Below are positions 24,082 through 37,269 of a stretch of 64,000 nucleotides of DNA, piece by piece (position 1 is the first letter of the stretch; every line of letters begins with the position of its first letter). The translations under genes were made by a program, and so were the position numbers. Under the pieces are notes generated by a model that saw nothing but the letters and a program-made list of their open reading frames with translations, did not search any database and was not told where the DNA came from. The DNA is from Octopus sinensis (Eukaryota): assembly GCF_006345805.1 (NCBI RefSeq), contig NC_042998.1, positions 30,008,001 through 30,072,000 of the forward strand, given 5' to 3'.

Positions 24082-24570
24082 AATGTATGTGCATATATAT
24101 ATATATATGTATGTGTTTGTATGTGCATATATATATATATATGCTATGTTGTATGTATGTGCATATATATATATATATTATATAGTATGGGTGTATGTAT
24201 GTATGTATATAATATATATATATATGTATGTATGTTCTATATATATATATATGTATATATTATGTATGTATGTATATATCTATATAATGTATATATGTAT
24301 GTATATGTATATATTATATATATGTATATATGTTATTATGTATGTATATATATATATATGTTATATGTATGTAGGTGTATGTATGTATATATATATATGT
24401 ATATATGTATTGTATTATGTATAATATATATTGTATATATATATATATGTGATATTGTATTCATTTATTTATATATCTGTATGTATATATGTGTGTGCAT
24501 TTATGCGTCTGTCCTTATGTATTTATGCATCTGTGAGTACCTATGCATATACGCCTTCCACACACACACA
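23840..24570. repeat. Compound (TA)n/(TG)n microsatellite
   Basis: Direct inspection. Confidence 0.95.
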
Positions 24571-25095
24571 CACATCATATTATATCATAGCATATTGTAT
24601 CATATCACATTTTATCAGAGAAATAGATAAAAGGAGATGTAGAGAGAAAAGGCGACCGGTTACCACCCAAAGTTAAGTGGCATTTCTAAACTTCCGTATT
24701 AATCGTTTATCTCTGTCATGTCCATCACACATCTCAAGCAAAGCAGACTCTTAAAAATGATAGATATCCGCTTCTCTCCTGCATCTCCTACGTTTGCCGA
24801 ACCATAATTTGCTGATTATTTTCCCTAAATTACAGTCACTTGGAACTGCATCCTTGCATGTTACACCGCACCAAATTCCAATCAAAAGCAACGCAAATCT
24901 TAACTCACTGCTCGAGTGTTTTTCATGTTTGATCTAGACCATACATTAAAATAGTTAGTGTAGCTGTTTCTCTATAGTGAAACTACTACACTGTACGATT
25001 AAATAACTAGGGAATCTCTCTGAGAGAACTTGTAGAAATTTAGGCAAAAATGGCAAGCAATATCTATGGTTCATCGTTCTTATTCTTGTTCACAG

Positions 25096-25439
25096 CACAG
25101 TAATCTCTCGATAGTCGTGGGTGTTATGATCCAAAAGACCCCTGAGATAGGTGAAAATCCACGAAGTCGAAACAGTGATGTACTATATATATATATATAT
25201 TATTATTATTATTATTATTATCTTTATAATTTACTCTTTTATTCTTTAATTTGTTTCAGTCATTTGACTGCGGCCATGCTGGATCACATCCTTTAGTGGA
25301 ACAAATCGACCCCAAGACTTATTCTTTGTAAGCCTAGTACTTATTCTATCGGTCTTTTATACCGAACCGCTAAGTTACGGGGACAAAAACACACCAGAAT
25401 CGGTTGTCAAGCAATGGTGGGGGGACAACCACAGACACA

Positions 25440-25491
<52 letters not shown>

Positions 25492-25795
25492 CACATATAT
25501 ACGATGGGTTTCTTTCAGTTTCCGTCTACCAAACCCACTCATAAGGCTTTGGTCGGCCCGAGGCAATACAAGAAGACACATGCCCAAGGTGCCACGCAAA
25601 AGGACTCAACCCGAAACCATGTGGTTGGTAAGCAAGCTACTTACCACACAGCCACTCCTACACCTATATTTGTATATATTTATTTGATTATAAATGCAAG
25701 ACAGCACCACGGGGGAAATCGACGTAAGCTTAAGTCATAAACCGCGATAGGTAAGCCGCGGTAGGCAAACCGCGATATGGCGAGGGATTGTTGTA
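25096..25795. mobile_element. Tc1/pogo-type MITE (same family as 11941) interrupted by a family B SINE
   Basis: Left part CAGTAATCTCTCGATAGTCG..AGTCGAAACAGTGATGTAC; right part ..CACCACGGGGGAAATCGACGTAAGCTTAA..GCGAGGGATTGTTGTA. Confidence 0.75.
25230..25660 (-). mobile_element. SINE family B, full length
   Basis: Reverse complement of the 56912-57365 copy, with internal (CA)n(TA)n. Confidence 0.9.
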
Positions 25796-26180
25796 ATTAA
25801 ATTTTTACGTGATTTGTATTTTCAGAAGCGTTTCTGAAGTCCTGAATCATTTGTATAAAGATTGAAAGCGGTTGCCTATGCTTTAATATATTTAATATAT
25901 ATGTATATAAAGACAGAGTCAGTTAATTGTGTTTATTATTTATCACAAATTACTGAAAACGATATTATTTAATAGTTTTGTTTCAGTTCAATACCGTAAT
26001 ATTCCCTGGATGATTAATGCCGACGTCTAAAGCTTATATTTTCGAAATGACAATGAACAATATTATATACACATGGGCATTACAATAATATCAAGCGGCA
26101 CATTTGCATCGTTATTAGAGCGAACGCAAAATTTACGCGATTGATAATTCGACTACGTTCCTATTTGTGAATGTGCGTGC

Positions 26181-26215
<35 letters not shown>

Positions 26216-26454
26216 CGCATGTGTGAATGTGTGTGTATGTGTGTGTGTGCGTGAGTGTGTGTGTGTGTGTGTGTGTGTGAGTGTACGTGTGTATATGTGT
26301 GTCAAGCTGCACATTTACATCGTTATTAAAGCGAACGCAACAATTACGCAAAAGATAACTCAGCCCCATTCCTATTTGTGAACGCATGTATGTGTATGTG
26401 CGCGTTTGTGTGCGTGTGTATGTGTATATGTATGTGAGCGTGTTTGCGTGTGAG

Positions 26455-27410
26455 AGAGAGGCACGGAGAGAGAGAGAGACACACACAGGAAGAGAGACAT
26501 AGAGAGAGACACACAGGAAGAGAGACATAGAGAGAGAGAGAGGCACAGAGAGAGAGAGACACACACACAGAGAGGAAGAGAGACAGAGAGAGGCACAGAT
26601 AGAGAGAGAGAGAGGCACAGAGAGAGACACTCACAGGAAGAGAGACAGAGAGAGAGAGGTACAGAGAGAGACACACACAGGAAGAGAGACACAGAGAGAG
26701 AGAGGCACAGAGAGAGAGAGACACATAGGAAGAGAGACAGAGAGAGAGGCACAGAGAGAGACACACAAGAAGAGAGACATAGAGAGAGAGAGGCACAGAT
26801 AGAGAGAGAGAGAGGCACAGAGAGAGACACTCACAGGAAGAGAGACAGAGAGAGGTACAGAGAGAGACACACACAGGAAGAGAGACACAGAGAGAGAGAG
26901 GCACAGAGAGAGAGAGACACATAGGAAGAGAGACAGAGAGAGAGGCACAGAGAGAGACACACAAGAAGAGAGACATAGAGAGAGAGAGGTACAGATAGAG
27001 AGAGAGAGAGGCACAGAGAGAGACACTCACAGGAAGAGAGACACAGAGAGAGAGGTACAGAGAGAGACACACACAGGAAGAGAGACAGAGAGAGAGAGAG
27101 GCACAGAGAGAGAGGCACAGAGAGAGACACACACACAGGAAGAGAGACAGAGAGAGAGGGGCACAGAGAGAGACACACAAGAAGAGAGACATAGAGAGAG
27201 AGGCACAGAGAGCGGGAGAGGCACAGAAAGAGACACAAACAGGAAGAGGGACAGAGAGAGAGAGAGGCACAGATAGAGAGAGAGAGGCACAGAGAGCGGG
27301 AGAGGCACAGAGAGAGACACACACAGGAAGAGAGACAGAGAGAGAGGCACAGATAGAAAGAGCGAGAGGGGCACAGATAGAGAGAGAGAGAGAGAGGCAC
27401 AGAAAAGAGA
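26455..27410. repeat. GA-rich compound satellite with ~196-200-bp higher-order period
   Basis: The rare marker CACTCACAGGAAG recurs at ~26628, 26828 and 27024 within GA/CA subunits. Confidence 0.85.
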
Positions 27411-27989
27411 GACTGTATGCTCGAAGGAGAGAATGTAAAAATAAAGGTAAAATAATGATAAGCAGTAATTGAAAACACGAAAGACGGTATGAAATAGAAT
27501 TCCTATGGTTGACATATAACGTTGACTAAGAAGCGAAAGGGATTTGCGAGTTTATTTTATAGAACTACAGGCTGCAACGGATTATAACTGGTTAAAACTA
27601 ATAGATATCAATGAATATTGTACAAAATGTTCAGAAGATAGTATTTGGATCTTAGAAAACTGAACATCGCAATTGTTTACACTGAATATGTTATCGCCTC
27701 TCTTGATTTGCTGACTTGTCATATAATAAAACGTTTTACTGTCCGTTAGTAATAGGTTCTTATGGGCATAAATGAGCAAATTTATTGCTGAGAATTATGA
27801 TGTTGCAACGAAATATAAATGTATGATGATAAAAAATATTTGAACAACATATACAAGTAAATGATAAATAAAAGACAATTACTGCAAAAGAATGAGTAAG
27901 TGTGAGATTAAAAGTAAAGACCTGAGGAAATGGTGTTTCACTTCTGTTTTTTTTTCCTCAATATTTGAACAGCATTGTATCGGGCCCTC

Positions 27990-28334
27990 TTTCACTCTTT
28001 TACTTGTTTCAGCGATTTCATTGTGGCCATGCTGGAGCACCGTCTTTATTCGAGCAAATGGACCTCAGGACTTATTCTTTGTAAACCTAGTACTTATTCT
28101 ATCAGTCTCTATTGCCGAACCGCTAAGTTACGGGGGAGGTAAACACACCACCATTGGTTGTCAAGTGATGTTGGGGGGGTGGGACAAACACAAACATATA
28201 TATATATACATATATACGACTGGCTTCTTTTAGTTTCCGTCTACTAAATCCACTCACAAGGCTTTGGTCGGTCCGAGGCTATAGTAAAACACAATTGCCC
28301 AAGGTGCCACGCAGTGGGACTGAACCCGGAACCA
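27990..28334 (-). mobile_element. SINE family B lacking its extreme 5' head
   Basis: Tail, microsatellite and box present; ends at GGGACTGAACCCGGAACCA. Confidence 0.9.
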
Positions 28335-28339
28335 TTACA

Positions 28340-28572
28340 ACTTTGGGCCGCGCAAACTTCCTTTACGAGGTTGTCGATTTGCTACGGACGAAAAAGTGCA
28401 AAGAGCAGCGCACAAATTGCTAAGCGACCGACCGAAATTCTTCTTCAATGGAATAAATAAGCTTGTGCCCCGCTGGAAGAAGTGCGTCGAAAAGCAAGAA
28501 GACTATGTAATCGTTTCACCCCTGCTTTTGTTTTAATAAATTACCGAAACAAGAATTCGATCAATTATCGAC
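28340..28572 (+). mobile_element. Mariner transposase 3' fragment with terminal repeat
   Basis: FGPRKLPLRGCRFATDEKVQRAAHKLLSDRPK-FFFNGINKLVPRWKKCVEKQEDYV matches the mariner C-terminus. Confidence 0.8.
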
Positions 28573-28945
28573 TTGCATTCGTAGTTATAGCTACTAGGGG
28601 TACAAATTGCCTCTTGATTTTTTCATAGAGGTCTGTCGTTCTGATTAAGAGAATTTCTTCATCTTCTGCACCTCAAGGCTATAGTAATGAACTTATACTT
28701 CATTGTAAAAGATATGTTTTCAGTTAAGTGGATCAATTAATTGCGACAGTTCTATACACATCCATTTTACATTGCAATCTGCATATCACTTGGGAAGGTC
28801 TGAGATGACATACATTTGTATCCTTCTTGGTTCTATGTAACATTTCCGTGTGTTGACTTTTCTGCATGGTGTACATCTATATTGTTATCATCGTGTTACA
28901 TTTAACTGTTCCCAGCTCCATTCAAACTGTGATCGTGAAGCTAAA

Positions 28946-29339
28946 TCTCTCTATATATAAAGCTGAAGTTGTCTGTGTATGGCAGGTTTGGTAGCCTTCA
29001 ACTAACACTATCTCCTCCGAGACCCTGCGGTGTAAGTTGACCAAAATTGAGAGTACGATAGAAGAAGGCTTGCTCTTCCTTAGTGTAGAAGAAAAAATTC
29101 AAATTGGACCATGTTAACACCGAAAATTATTTACATTAAAAAGGTGCATTTTTTCTATGAAAAACCCCATTTTTTATGATTTTTGTGACCGCTGTGTCGC
29201 CATTTTTCGGTGTATTTCAACTAGAGAAATGTTCACTTAAAAAGAATAACAAGCTACATAATGCAACATTTTTCTTTTTCAAAAATTGCAATTCTAAAGG
29301 GTCGAAACTAACCCGAGCAACGCCGTGCGATACTGCTAG
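28946..29339 (+). mobile_element. Non-autonomous Helitron-type element
   Basis: A|TC..TATATATAAAG start, 3' CCCG..GCAACGCC hairpin then CTAG|T; second copy at 41515-41905. Confidence 0.85.
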
Positions 29340-30172
29340 TAACTAAATATGTACGGATTTGTCTAGATACGCATAGCTCAATGCGTGCGTACGCGTAGAC
29401 ATAGACGTGCGCGTACGTAAACTTGGAGTGATTCTGTTTATACACATACTAAGATATGCACGGGTGTAAGTCTGTATGAAGTCGATATCAATATGTGTGC
29501 TTTGTGTAGTTGCAAAAAGAACGCATGTGTTCATCTTATTATATATTCAAGTATTTTAATCAGTTTTGCATAAAATATATCGGAAAATCTTAGAAAAATA
29601 GCGAATTTAAATATTCGAATAGTAACAATATGTATTAGTCTTATATTAGATATAATTTCATTTGAATCGAATCTGTTATTTCTAGATTATATATGCAGTG
29701 TTTGTAGATAGTTTTTATCTCTGAAGACACTACATCGAATTGAATCGAATAAATTATATTTGATTGCTGATCGCTAAAAGATAAATTTACATACACTGTA
29801 TATAAATTATTCTGAGAAATAATCCCATGGATTAATATTCATATAGTTTAAAACTTTCTCTTTAGCCGTGTTATTATTAACAAATGATTATAACTTTGTA
29901 TTACAAGACCTCTCTGTAATTCACCATTTTCTAACGTTTACGAATGATGGATCTTGCAGATGTATTCAGGAATGCCTGGGTATTGTAACCAGAATAAACC
30001 AAGAAGCTAATACATTAGCAGTTTTACAAAATAATAGACAGGAGAAGACCACTGGAAAATACGAAAACTAAAAGAAGCAGCACAGTGCAGATATGAATAG
30101 CATATGGGAACCAGTATTTAGGAAGGGTAGGAAAATATTAGATTTATTAGCCCTAAAATTCACTCCATAATT

Positions 30173-30440
30173 GCCCACGGGCATATGGCGTTGTAAAGAG
30201 CGCGGGCTAATAATCATGATTCCGAGTTCTATTCCAGGCACGGATCTGAATAATAATAATAATAATAATAATAGTAATAATAATAATAATAATAATATTA
30301 TCAAAAAATATCTTGGGAATGAGAACCCAGGTTCGAAATTTCCCCCAATACACCTGATGAAGGCTGGAGGGTATATCAGCCGAAACGTTGTGTTAACAAC
30401 AAACAATATGAAAACAAATATCCGTCAAATGTAAATAATT
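30173..30440 (+). mobile_element. SINE family E (tRNA head, (TAA)n linker, HHR tail)
   Basis: CCACGGGCATATGGCG..GAGTTCTATTCC head; homologous to both arms at 19160-19690. Confidence 0.85.
30350..30393 (+). ncRNA. Minimal type I hammerhead ribozyme with canonical core
   Basis: ACAC CTGATGA A GGCTG-GAGGGTATAT-CAGCC GAAAC GTT GTGT: 4-bp stem I, 5-bp stem II, palindromic AACGTT stem III, GUU site. Confidence 0.75.
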
Positions 30441-30969
30441 AGCAGTTTTGTTTCTTCTCACTAAAAAAAAAAATTCAAAGGACAATTCTACATTTGTTCA
30501 TCATAAACCATGTAAATAGATAACGCTGTTGGTTTCTCTTACGTATTGTTATGAGGGAGAGAGAGCATTAAAGTTTCCAACACTTGAATTACCAACGTAA
30601 AGTTGGCCCTGTAGAAGGATATCAGGTGCATTGAAAAACGTTGAATGATTTCCTTTTAGATTTGATGAAATCATAACAATAATAACAAAACTGAAGCCTT
30701 TCAAACTGAAGGAGCAAATAAGAGGTTGTTAATAGTTTTCTGAAAATGAAACTATCATCATTACAAACTATTCTAACACGATTGGTATGACCTAAACATG
30801 GCGTACTATATCATTTATGAGTGAATACGAGCCACATCATGAAATCATAACTGATCCTCCTGTATTTATTTTCTTTTTTCCCAAAGCCAGGAACTTCTCA
30901 GTCTGTATTTTCTCAACTTATTTTCTTTTAGCCAAAGCCGGGAACTTTTCGCACACCCTCTCTATCCTA

Positions 30970-31284
30970 TATATATCATCAACATGTGACCGACCACGCT
31001 ATCAGATGTTGCTACACATCGCTGGTCACAATGCGCTTCGCATTGTTATAGCCTTCAAATGACACCATCCCGCTGGTTAAGCGAGCAGGCCAACAGCAGA
31101 AAGAGTGAGAGAAAGTTGTGGCGAAAGAGTACAGCAGGGATCGCCACCCCCCCCCCCCTGCCGGAGCCTCGTGGAGATTTAGGTGTTTTCGCTCAATAAA
31201 CACACAACGCCCGGTCTGGGAATCGAAGCCGCGATCCTACGACCGCGAGTCCGCTGCCCTAACCACTGGGCCATTGCGCCTCCA
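30970..31284 (-). mobile_element. tRNA-headed SINE (family D)
   Basis: Head GGAGGCGCAATGGCCCAGTGGTTAGGGCAGCGGACTCGCGGTCGTAGGATCGCGG.TTCGATTCCC; homologues at 46840-47095 and 60741-60955. Confidence 0.9.
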
Positions 31285-31702
31285 CACACACACATATATA
31301 TATATATATGAGGTGTTTGTATCATTGTGTATAGAGGGATATATATTATTCAAAGAATTTCCAACTGTCTGTTTTTTTTAATGTTTTATTTATATTCTTT
31401 ATAATATTAATGTAGAATATAGAATATATAGTATAAATAATATATATATAGTATAATGAAATGAAGTATTGATTGTCTTGTTGAATAGATGAAATATTGA
31501 ACATAAACTTACGGAGATGTACTTGCATAGCAAGTGATTTGATCTGAGATCGTGTGCTGAAACGAAAACAATTGCAGCGTGGAAGGTGTTTGTAAGCCAT
31601 TTAGGAAACACACAAAAGCCGTTCGATTCACTTCAACATTTAAGTTTAACTTGTCAAAATATTTTCGTCGCTTTAAGACCGCCACCTGTTCATATATATA
31701 TG

Positions 31703-31749
<47 letters not shown>

Positions 31750-32953
31750 ATATCTACTTATATTTATAGGGTGGTAGAGTATGTTTAAATTGTGACTTGG
31801 CTACTATTTCTCTTAAAGATGGCGTGACGCATACCATCATTCCTTGTTAACTCACACACACAGTTGGTAAAAAACGTGTCTTCTGTTGGATCAATTCTTC
31901 CATGTGTTAAGTGGTCGTAAGAACATTTTGTAGAACGTTGTGCACTCAGATGAACATATACTCTAAACATGTAGCTGCCTTCGTGAATAATGAGCCCGGC
32001 TCTTGGTACAGACACAGGTCCTCAAGTATTGCAGAACAAGCTTATCCTATTCACGACACTGGAGTTTAGTTTTCGAACAGCTCGCTTAAATTCTATATGA
32101 AAATACATTTTCCCACAAAAAACATCCCTCTGTTATTGATTTCCTCCAATCGTGGCTACGACAACCCTTGTTTTCCGAATGAAGTTCTATATTTCACATC
32201 ACTTCAGTGAGAACTCCACGCAGTCCTTAAATCGTTGACTTAAGGGGAGCACTCTTCAGATAAGGCGTTGCTGTTTTTACACGTTTTACCATGAGGGGGA
32301 TTGTTTCTTCAGGTTAACTGCAGTGAATTTGTCTTTAGAAGTTAAAATATGTCACAGACATATTTTAACTGATCTAATGTTCGTTTATTCGTAAATATGC
32401 TCCATTATTCCTTTGGTCATTGCGCAGTGATTATATAAGATGGGATTCTTTCACTTTCCGTCTACCAAATCCTTTCACAAGAATTTGGCCGAACTTTGGC
32501 CATCGTAGAAGACAAAGTTGCCCAATATGCCACTCAGTGGAACTGAATCCGAACACCCATATCGTTAAAACGCTTCTTCCTACACAGCCACACACATACA
32601 CGCGCATACATACACACACATATCGAAGGAAGAAAAAGCCAGCATATTGTACAACACTTCGAGAGCTTTTTTCTAAAATAATATCTTATCCGTTCAATAT
32701 TTTGCAGCTCCCTAAATAGAAGTCATTTTATAAACTCACTGTTCAGATTGAGTACTTCTTCTAAGGACATTTTTATTCTAAATTCTAATTTCTTGTACTT
32801 CATCATGATCAGCAAATTGTAATAATTAAGGACTGCTATAATGAACACAACCACCATTGTTACAAGCTGTCATTTTCAGTTGTTCTTGTTTTATAGCCCT
32901 TCACTTTGTATGGAGCAACAATGTAGCATTTTCTTGTAATAATAGCAGTGCAA

Positions 32954-33145
32954 TCATCCGTCGACTATCGCAGGTGTTACGTTCCAAAACCTTCCACAGA
33001 AATAATTAAAATCTAGAAAAATATATAAATACCTATCGGCCGCAGAAACCTGGAGTCGACGATATAAATTTACATATATTAGCCAGAAAAATCCACGACG
33101 TACTAAGTACGTGATATGACGAGAGATTATTGAATTCCTTTCAGC
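32954..33145. mobile_element. Degenerate Tc1/pogo-type MITE related to 11941 and 36879
   Basis: CGTCGACTATCGCAGGTGTTACGTTCCAAAACC start; GATATGACGAGAGATTATTG end. Confidence 0.6.
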
Positions 33146-33607
33146 CAACACTATATGTCTTATTGTATGTGGTATGAAATGGTATTATTTTGGTTCCTGG
33201 AAAAATTTAATTTACTCTACGATATTCACCACATTTATTTGTGTTAGTTTAATCCTTTATTATTTAGATTAGTCTGTGAAATGTAATCCTCATTTATTCA
33301 CTCACATTGCTTTGAATTAATCGAGCATTAATTCCTAACTCTGAAATTTCGATAACGTGGTTGTTTATATTTAGAATGACGGTTTTGGGTAGATGTGAGA
33401 GCCTGAATCTGTCCAGTTCAATACAAAATAATCAAAATATATGTACCCGATATGGCCAGTTTCAATAGTCAAGTGTTAAATAAATGTTGAGTTAAAGAAG
33501 GAAAGATTAGACAAACACACACACACAGATACTTACATACACAATCGTATGAATCCATATATATATACACACACATACAGGTATACACGTATGCATACAT
33601 ATGTTTA

Positions 33608-33647
<40 letters not shown>

Positions 33648-33739
33648 CATACACACGGGTATACACGTTTACATACATGTGTGTTTGTGTGTGTATATAT
33701 ATATATATACACAGGTATACACTGATGCATACATATATG

Positions 33740-33781
<42 letters not shown>

Positions 33782-34433
33782 ATATATATATATGATGATG
33801 AATCTATATTTGCTGATGCATCACCTATCAAATATTTATCAAGATGAGAGCATAGATTGAATCAAACGAAATGGAAATTTGCTGTTAACAAAACTCCGCA
33901 CAATATTCTTGCTGCGTATCAACTGGGCTAATTGCATATTTTTCCTAATTTACTTGAATAACAGATTCTATAACTAAAAGTGTTTTTAATAATAGACTCT
34001 ACATTAAAAGTACAGCTGTTGACCTTGATACATAAACGTTTTTATTGATTAATTTCCTTCCATCTCCGGTAGGAATTAAATCGCTGATATTGAAATTATT
34101 CATAGAAAAACGGATGTCGCTGAATGATGTAAAGAATTTTTTTTTTTTTTTTTTTTTTTTTACTATCCTACAGTTATAAAAATATAAATATTCTTTTAGA
34201 TATTTGAAAGACCTAAATTTAAAAATTTGATTATATGTTCTTTATCGTTAACTTTTTTGCTTCGCCATTTTTTTTTCGTTTTTTTTTTTTGTTTTGTAAT
34301 ACAAATTAATTTTCGCTGAATTTTAACCGAAATTCTGCTTATCTGGATATCCGATGTTCGTGCATTATGCTATTCATGAATTGTATTAGTTCTGAGCTCC
34401 ACGATCCAATATTTAGTTTCTTTTATTTTACAG

Positions 34434-34712
34434 GAAATAATTTCTTTCACAAACGAACTTCCTCCAGTCTCTGGCCTTCCCAATGGCTAAAACGTGCGCT
34501 TTGCATGACAACTTCGCGTGCTCGAATTCAATTGCCTATAGTCGTTAGCAGAGCCGCGAGTCGAACAACAAGATGTTTTTGAAGTTGTGGAGACGATGGC
34601 TATTGACAAGCCTACAAGATATACTGCACATGTAATTCAAGAGACCCGGATTATTATGTTGTACCACGCTGAGTCTGCCGCGGGACGTGTACTCAGCCTT
34701 GATGTTAAATTG
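34434..34712 (+). other. Candidate exon (5' UTR or first coding) of an unidentified transcript
   Basis: Acceptor TTTAGTTTCTTTTATTTTACAG, donor TTG|GTGAGA, CpG-retaining unique sequence; no frame is open across the whole segment. Confidence 0.3.
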
Positions 34713-34814
34713 GTGAGAATGTGGCACGATTGAAAACTGAAAACACACACTTGGAAAGAAACGAAAATTTTAATGAAAAATGTATACATGTTTGTGTGTA
34801 TGTGATTCGTTTAT

Positions 34815-35077
34815 TTTGTACTTGTTTCAGTCACTGTGACTGTGGCCAAGCTGGGGCACCGCCTCGGTGAATTCTAGTCAGAAGAATCGATACCAGTACT
34901 TATTACTTTCGTAAGCATGCTACTTATTCTATCGGTCTATTTTGCGAAACCTCTAAGTAACGGGAACATAAACACCCAAACACCGGTTGCCAGCGTCATG
35001 GGGACAAACACTTGACACAAACGCTCGAAGACACACGCACAAAGACAGACATATATATATATATATATGTGTGTGTT

Positions 35078-35113
<36 letters not shown>

Positions 35114-35225
35114 CACACACACACTCCCATACATATCACGGGATTATTGCCGTTCCTCTCTACCAAATCTACTCACGAAGCTTTGGTCGGCCTGAGAATA
35201 AACTAAAAGACACTGGTAGAAACTG
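34815..35225 (-). mobile_element. SINE family B, diverged
   Basis: Tail, internal microsatellite and partial box. Confidence 0.8.
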
Positions 35226-35251
35226 TCACGCGTCCGCTTACATTGTGTATA

Positions 35252-35304
<53 letters not shown>

Positions 35305-35699
35305 TATATGAGAGTTGGTTTTGGGTGTTGAAACGTGTAGTCATTTTTCTTTTTCTTTTTTTATTACAGACATATTAAAATAAATTTGTAACAAATTTTG
35401 AATCTTACTTTTTGTTTTGTTTTTCAATAGTTAATAAAAGTACTTAAAGTTTAGGAGAAATGAAGGTACAAAGGAAAATTCGGCAAAAAAAAAAAAGAGA
35501 GAATGTTTAAAAAGATGAAATCTTCATACAAATTTCAATATTCAAGTTTCACAAAGATAAACAGTAATACAAGTTGAAATGCTCGATACATTCCATAACA
35601 GTCATGACTGAAAATTCAATAACAATAAATTATATTAACAATCAGATAAGATGAAATTTTTGAAAGAGAAAGAAAAAAGAGAAAAATGGTTATTTTACA

Positions 35700-36620
35700 A
35701 TTCTCGTCGTAGTGAATGAAGGTGGATTCTTTGTTGCTGGTTTTGCTGGGGAATTATTCTAAATTCGAATTGTTTTGTATATATAGACTTTTACGGCAAA
35801 GGTTCGAGCTCTGATTGATTGTAAATTTAATGACATCATTAGTAGTTTTTCTGCTTATGGTCTAGTGTTTTTACTGGCTGACTGCCTGAATGTTACTAGT
35901 TATAAGGATGATGAGGTCAAATATTTTGGTTTGGCAGAAGCCCAGCGCTCTTGTTTATTGGTGGCACTTGTCGTCTGTTTTGTTTTGACCAGCTGACACC
36001 CAATGCTCTGGATGGTTGGCTTTCTGCTTACGTCATTTGTTTTTTTTTTGTTTTTATGAAAGGTCTTAGCTTGTTTTTACCTGCCCGTCATCCAGCGTTC
36101 CGGTTCATTGATTTCTTTAAGAACACACTACCGTCGGTCAGCTCAATGTTTTTATTTTTGCAGAGGAAGCGGCATAGACCTGGAAAAACTTTATTTGTTA
36201 AGCCATTGGTGACGTCATCAACCAGTGCCTAAGAGGGTGTAAGATGTTATAGTACAGTCGTTTGATGTCAAGGTTTCGAATTCCGTTACTTAAACTTTTG
36301 ATTTATATCTGTAACTTCTAGTTTTTCGTGAATAAATTGATTTCTCATATTCTGGTGTGTTGTTAAGGGCATTTTATCGTGGTTTATATTTTCCTAGTAA
36401 ACATAGATTCTACTTATTCGATCAGAACTTTGCCGAAGTGTTTCTGGTGCATTGTTAGAGAGGAGTAACATATTTTGGATATTTTTCGCAGGGCACTGAT
36501 CTAGGTGTCTTACGGGAATTTTCCCCACTTGTGGGGTCTCGAATCTGTTGCCCGTGTATCGTAATTCCGTCTCTCTAAATCAAGTGCAATTGATATTCCA
36601 GACTAAAAATTCTAAAACTT
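35700..36620 (-). mobile_element. Decayed Penelope-like element: GIY-YIG C-terminus and 3' non-coding region
   Basis: Minus strand ..PQVGKIPVRHLDQC..NQFIHEKL resembles the PLE endonuclease end (QIPLSEHLD.C..EKYFI.K); many stops. Confidence 0.45.
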
Positions 36621-36878
36621 ATAACCATCATGGCAAACATTGACCGAGCTGGCCACACCCAAGAACCTACAATAGATCACGGTAGTACAGAAGTCATCAA
36701 GATATCTAATTCGGTGAATTAAAAACAAACAAACTGAGGAACTACATTTAGACATAGTGGACGAAAACTAAGACACTTAATAGCATGAACCAAATATAAG
36801 TTTCTGAAGGTTATAATCTCTCACACAAAATCCTATCAATCCAGCAAATTAACATTTTCCCGAAAGGACCAACAATTA

Positions 36879-37102
36879 TAGACTAATTCCTCGACTATCG
36901 CGGTTGTTTCGTTCCAAAACCACCCGCAATAGGTGAAAATCCGGGAAGTAGAAACAGTACTGTATTGTATATTTTTAGTTTTTGATTTTATAATTTGCGT
37001 ATGTTCATTTTATTATAAATGCAAAACACCACGGAGGAATCGATGTATGCTTAAATAATGAACTGTGATAGGTGATCCGCGATAGGGCGAAGGATCGCTT
37101 TA
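36879..37102. mobile_element. Tc1/pogo-type MITE, uninterrupted
   Basis: Colinear with the joined halves of 11941-12581. Confidence 0.8.
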
Positions 37103-37269
37103 TTAACACTACAAAATTCTTCAATGAATGAAATACAGAACGATGTCGAGGTATTTTGTAGAACACTAAGGGTAAGAGAAGAATTATTTGACAAACAAAT
37201 CAAGGAAGCTATCTGCCACACCATTCCGACAAAATATTCTATTTGGATCTTTGTGGTTTTTGTTACTGT

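Noticed and set aside
29940-30130. Possible old RTE C-terminal remnant (..DRRRPL..TK..STVQ)
   Set aside because: It needs several frameshifts to resemble the motif; too eroded to call.
31190-31284. tRNA-like sequences here and at other SINE heads (19418, 38400-38494, 60490, 60741)
   Set aside because: They have A and B boxes but run straight into SINE bodies without an acceptor stem; SINE heads, not tRNA genes.
36733-36775. CTGAGGA ACTA..TAGT GGAC GAAA near a Penelope remnant
   Set aside because: Stem II is out of register with the core and there is no stem I/III or NUH site; at best a heavily eroded relic.
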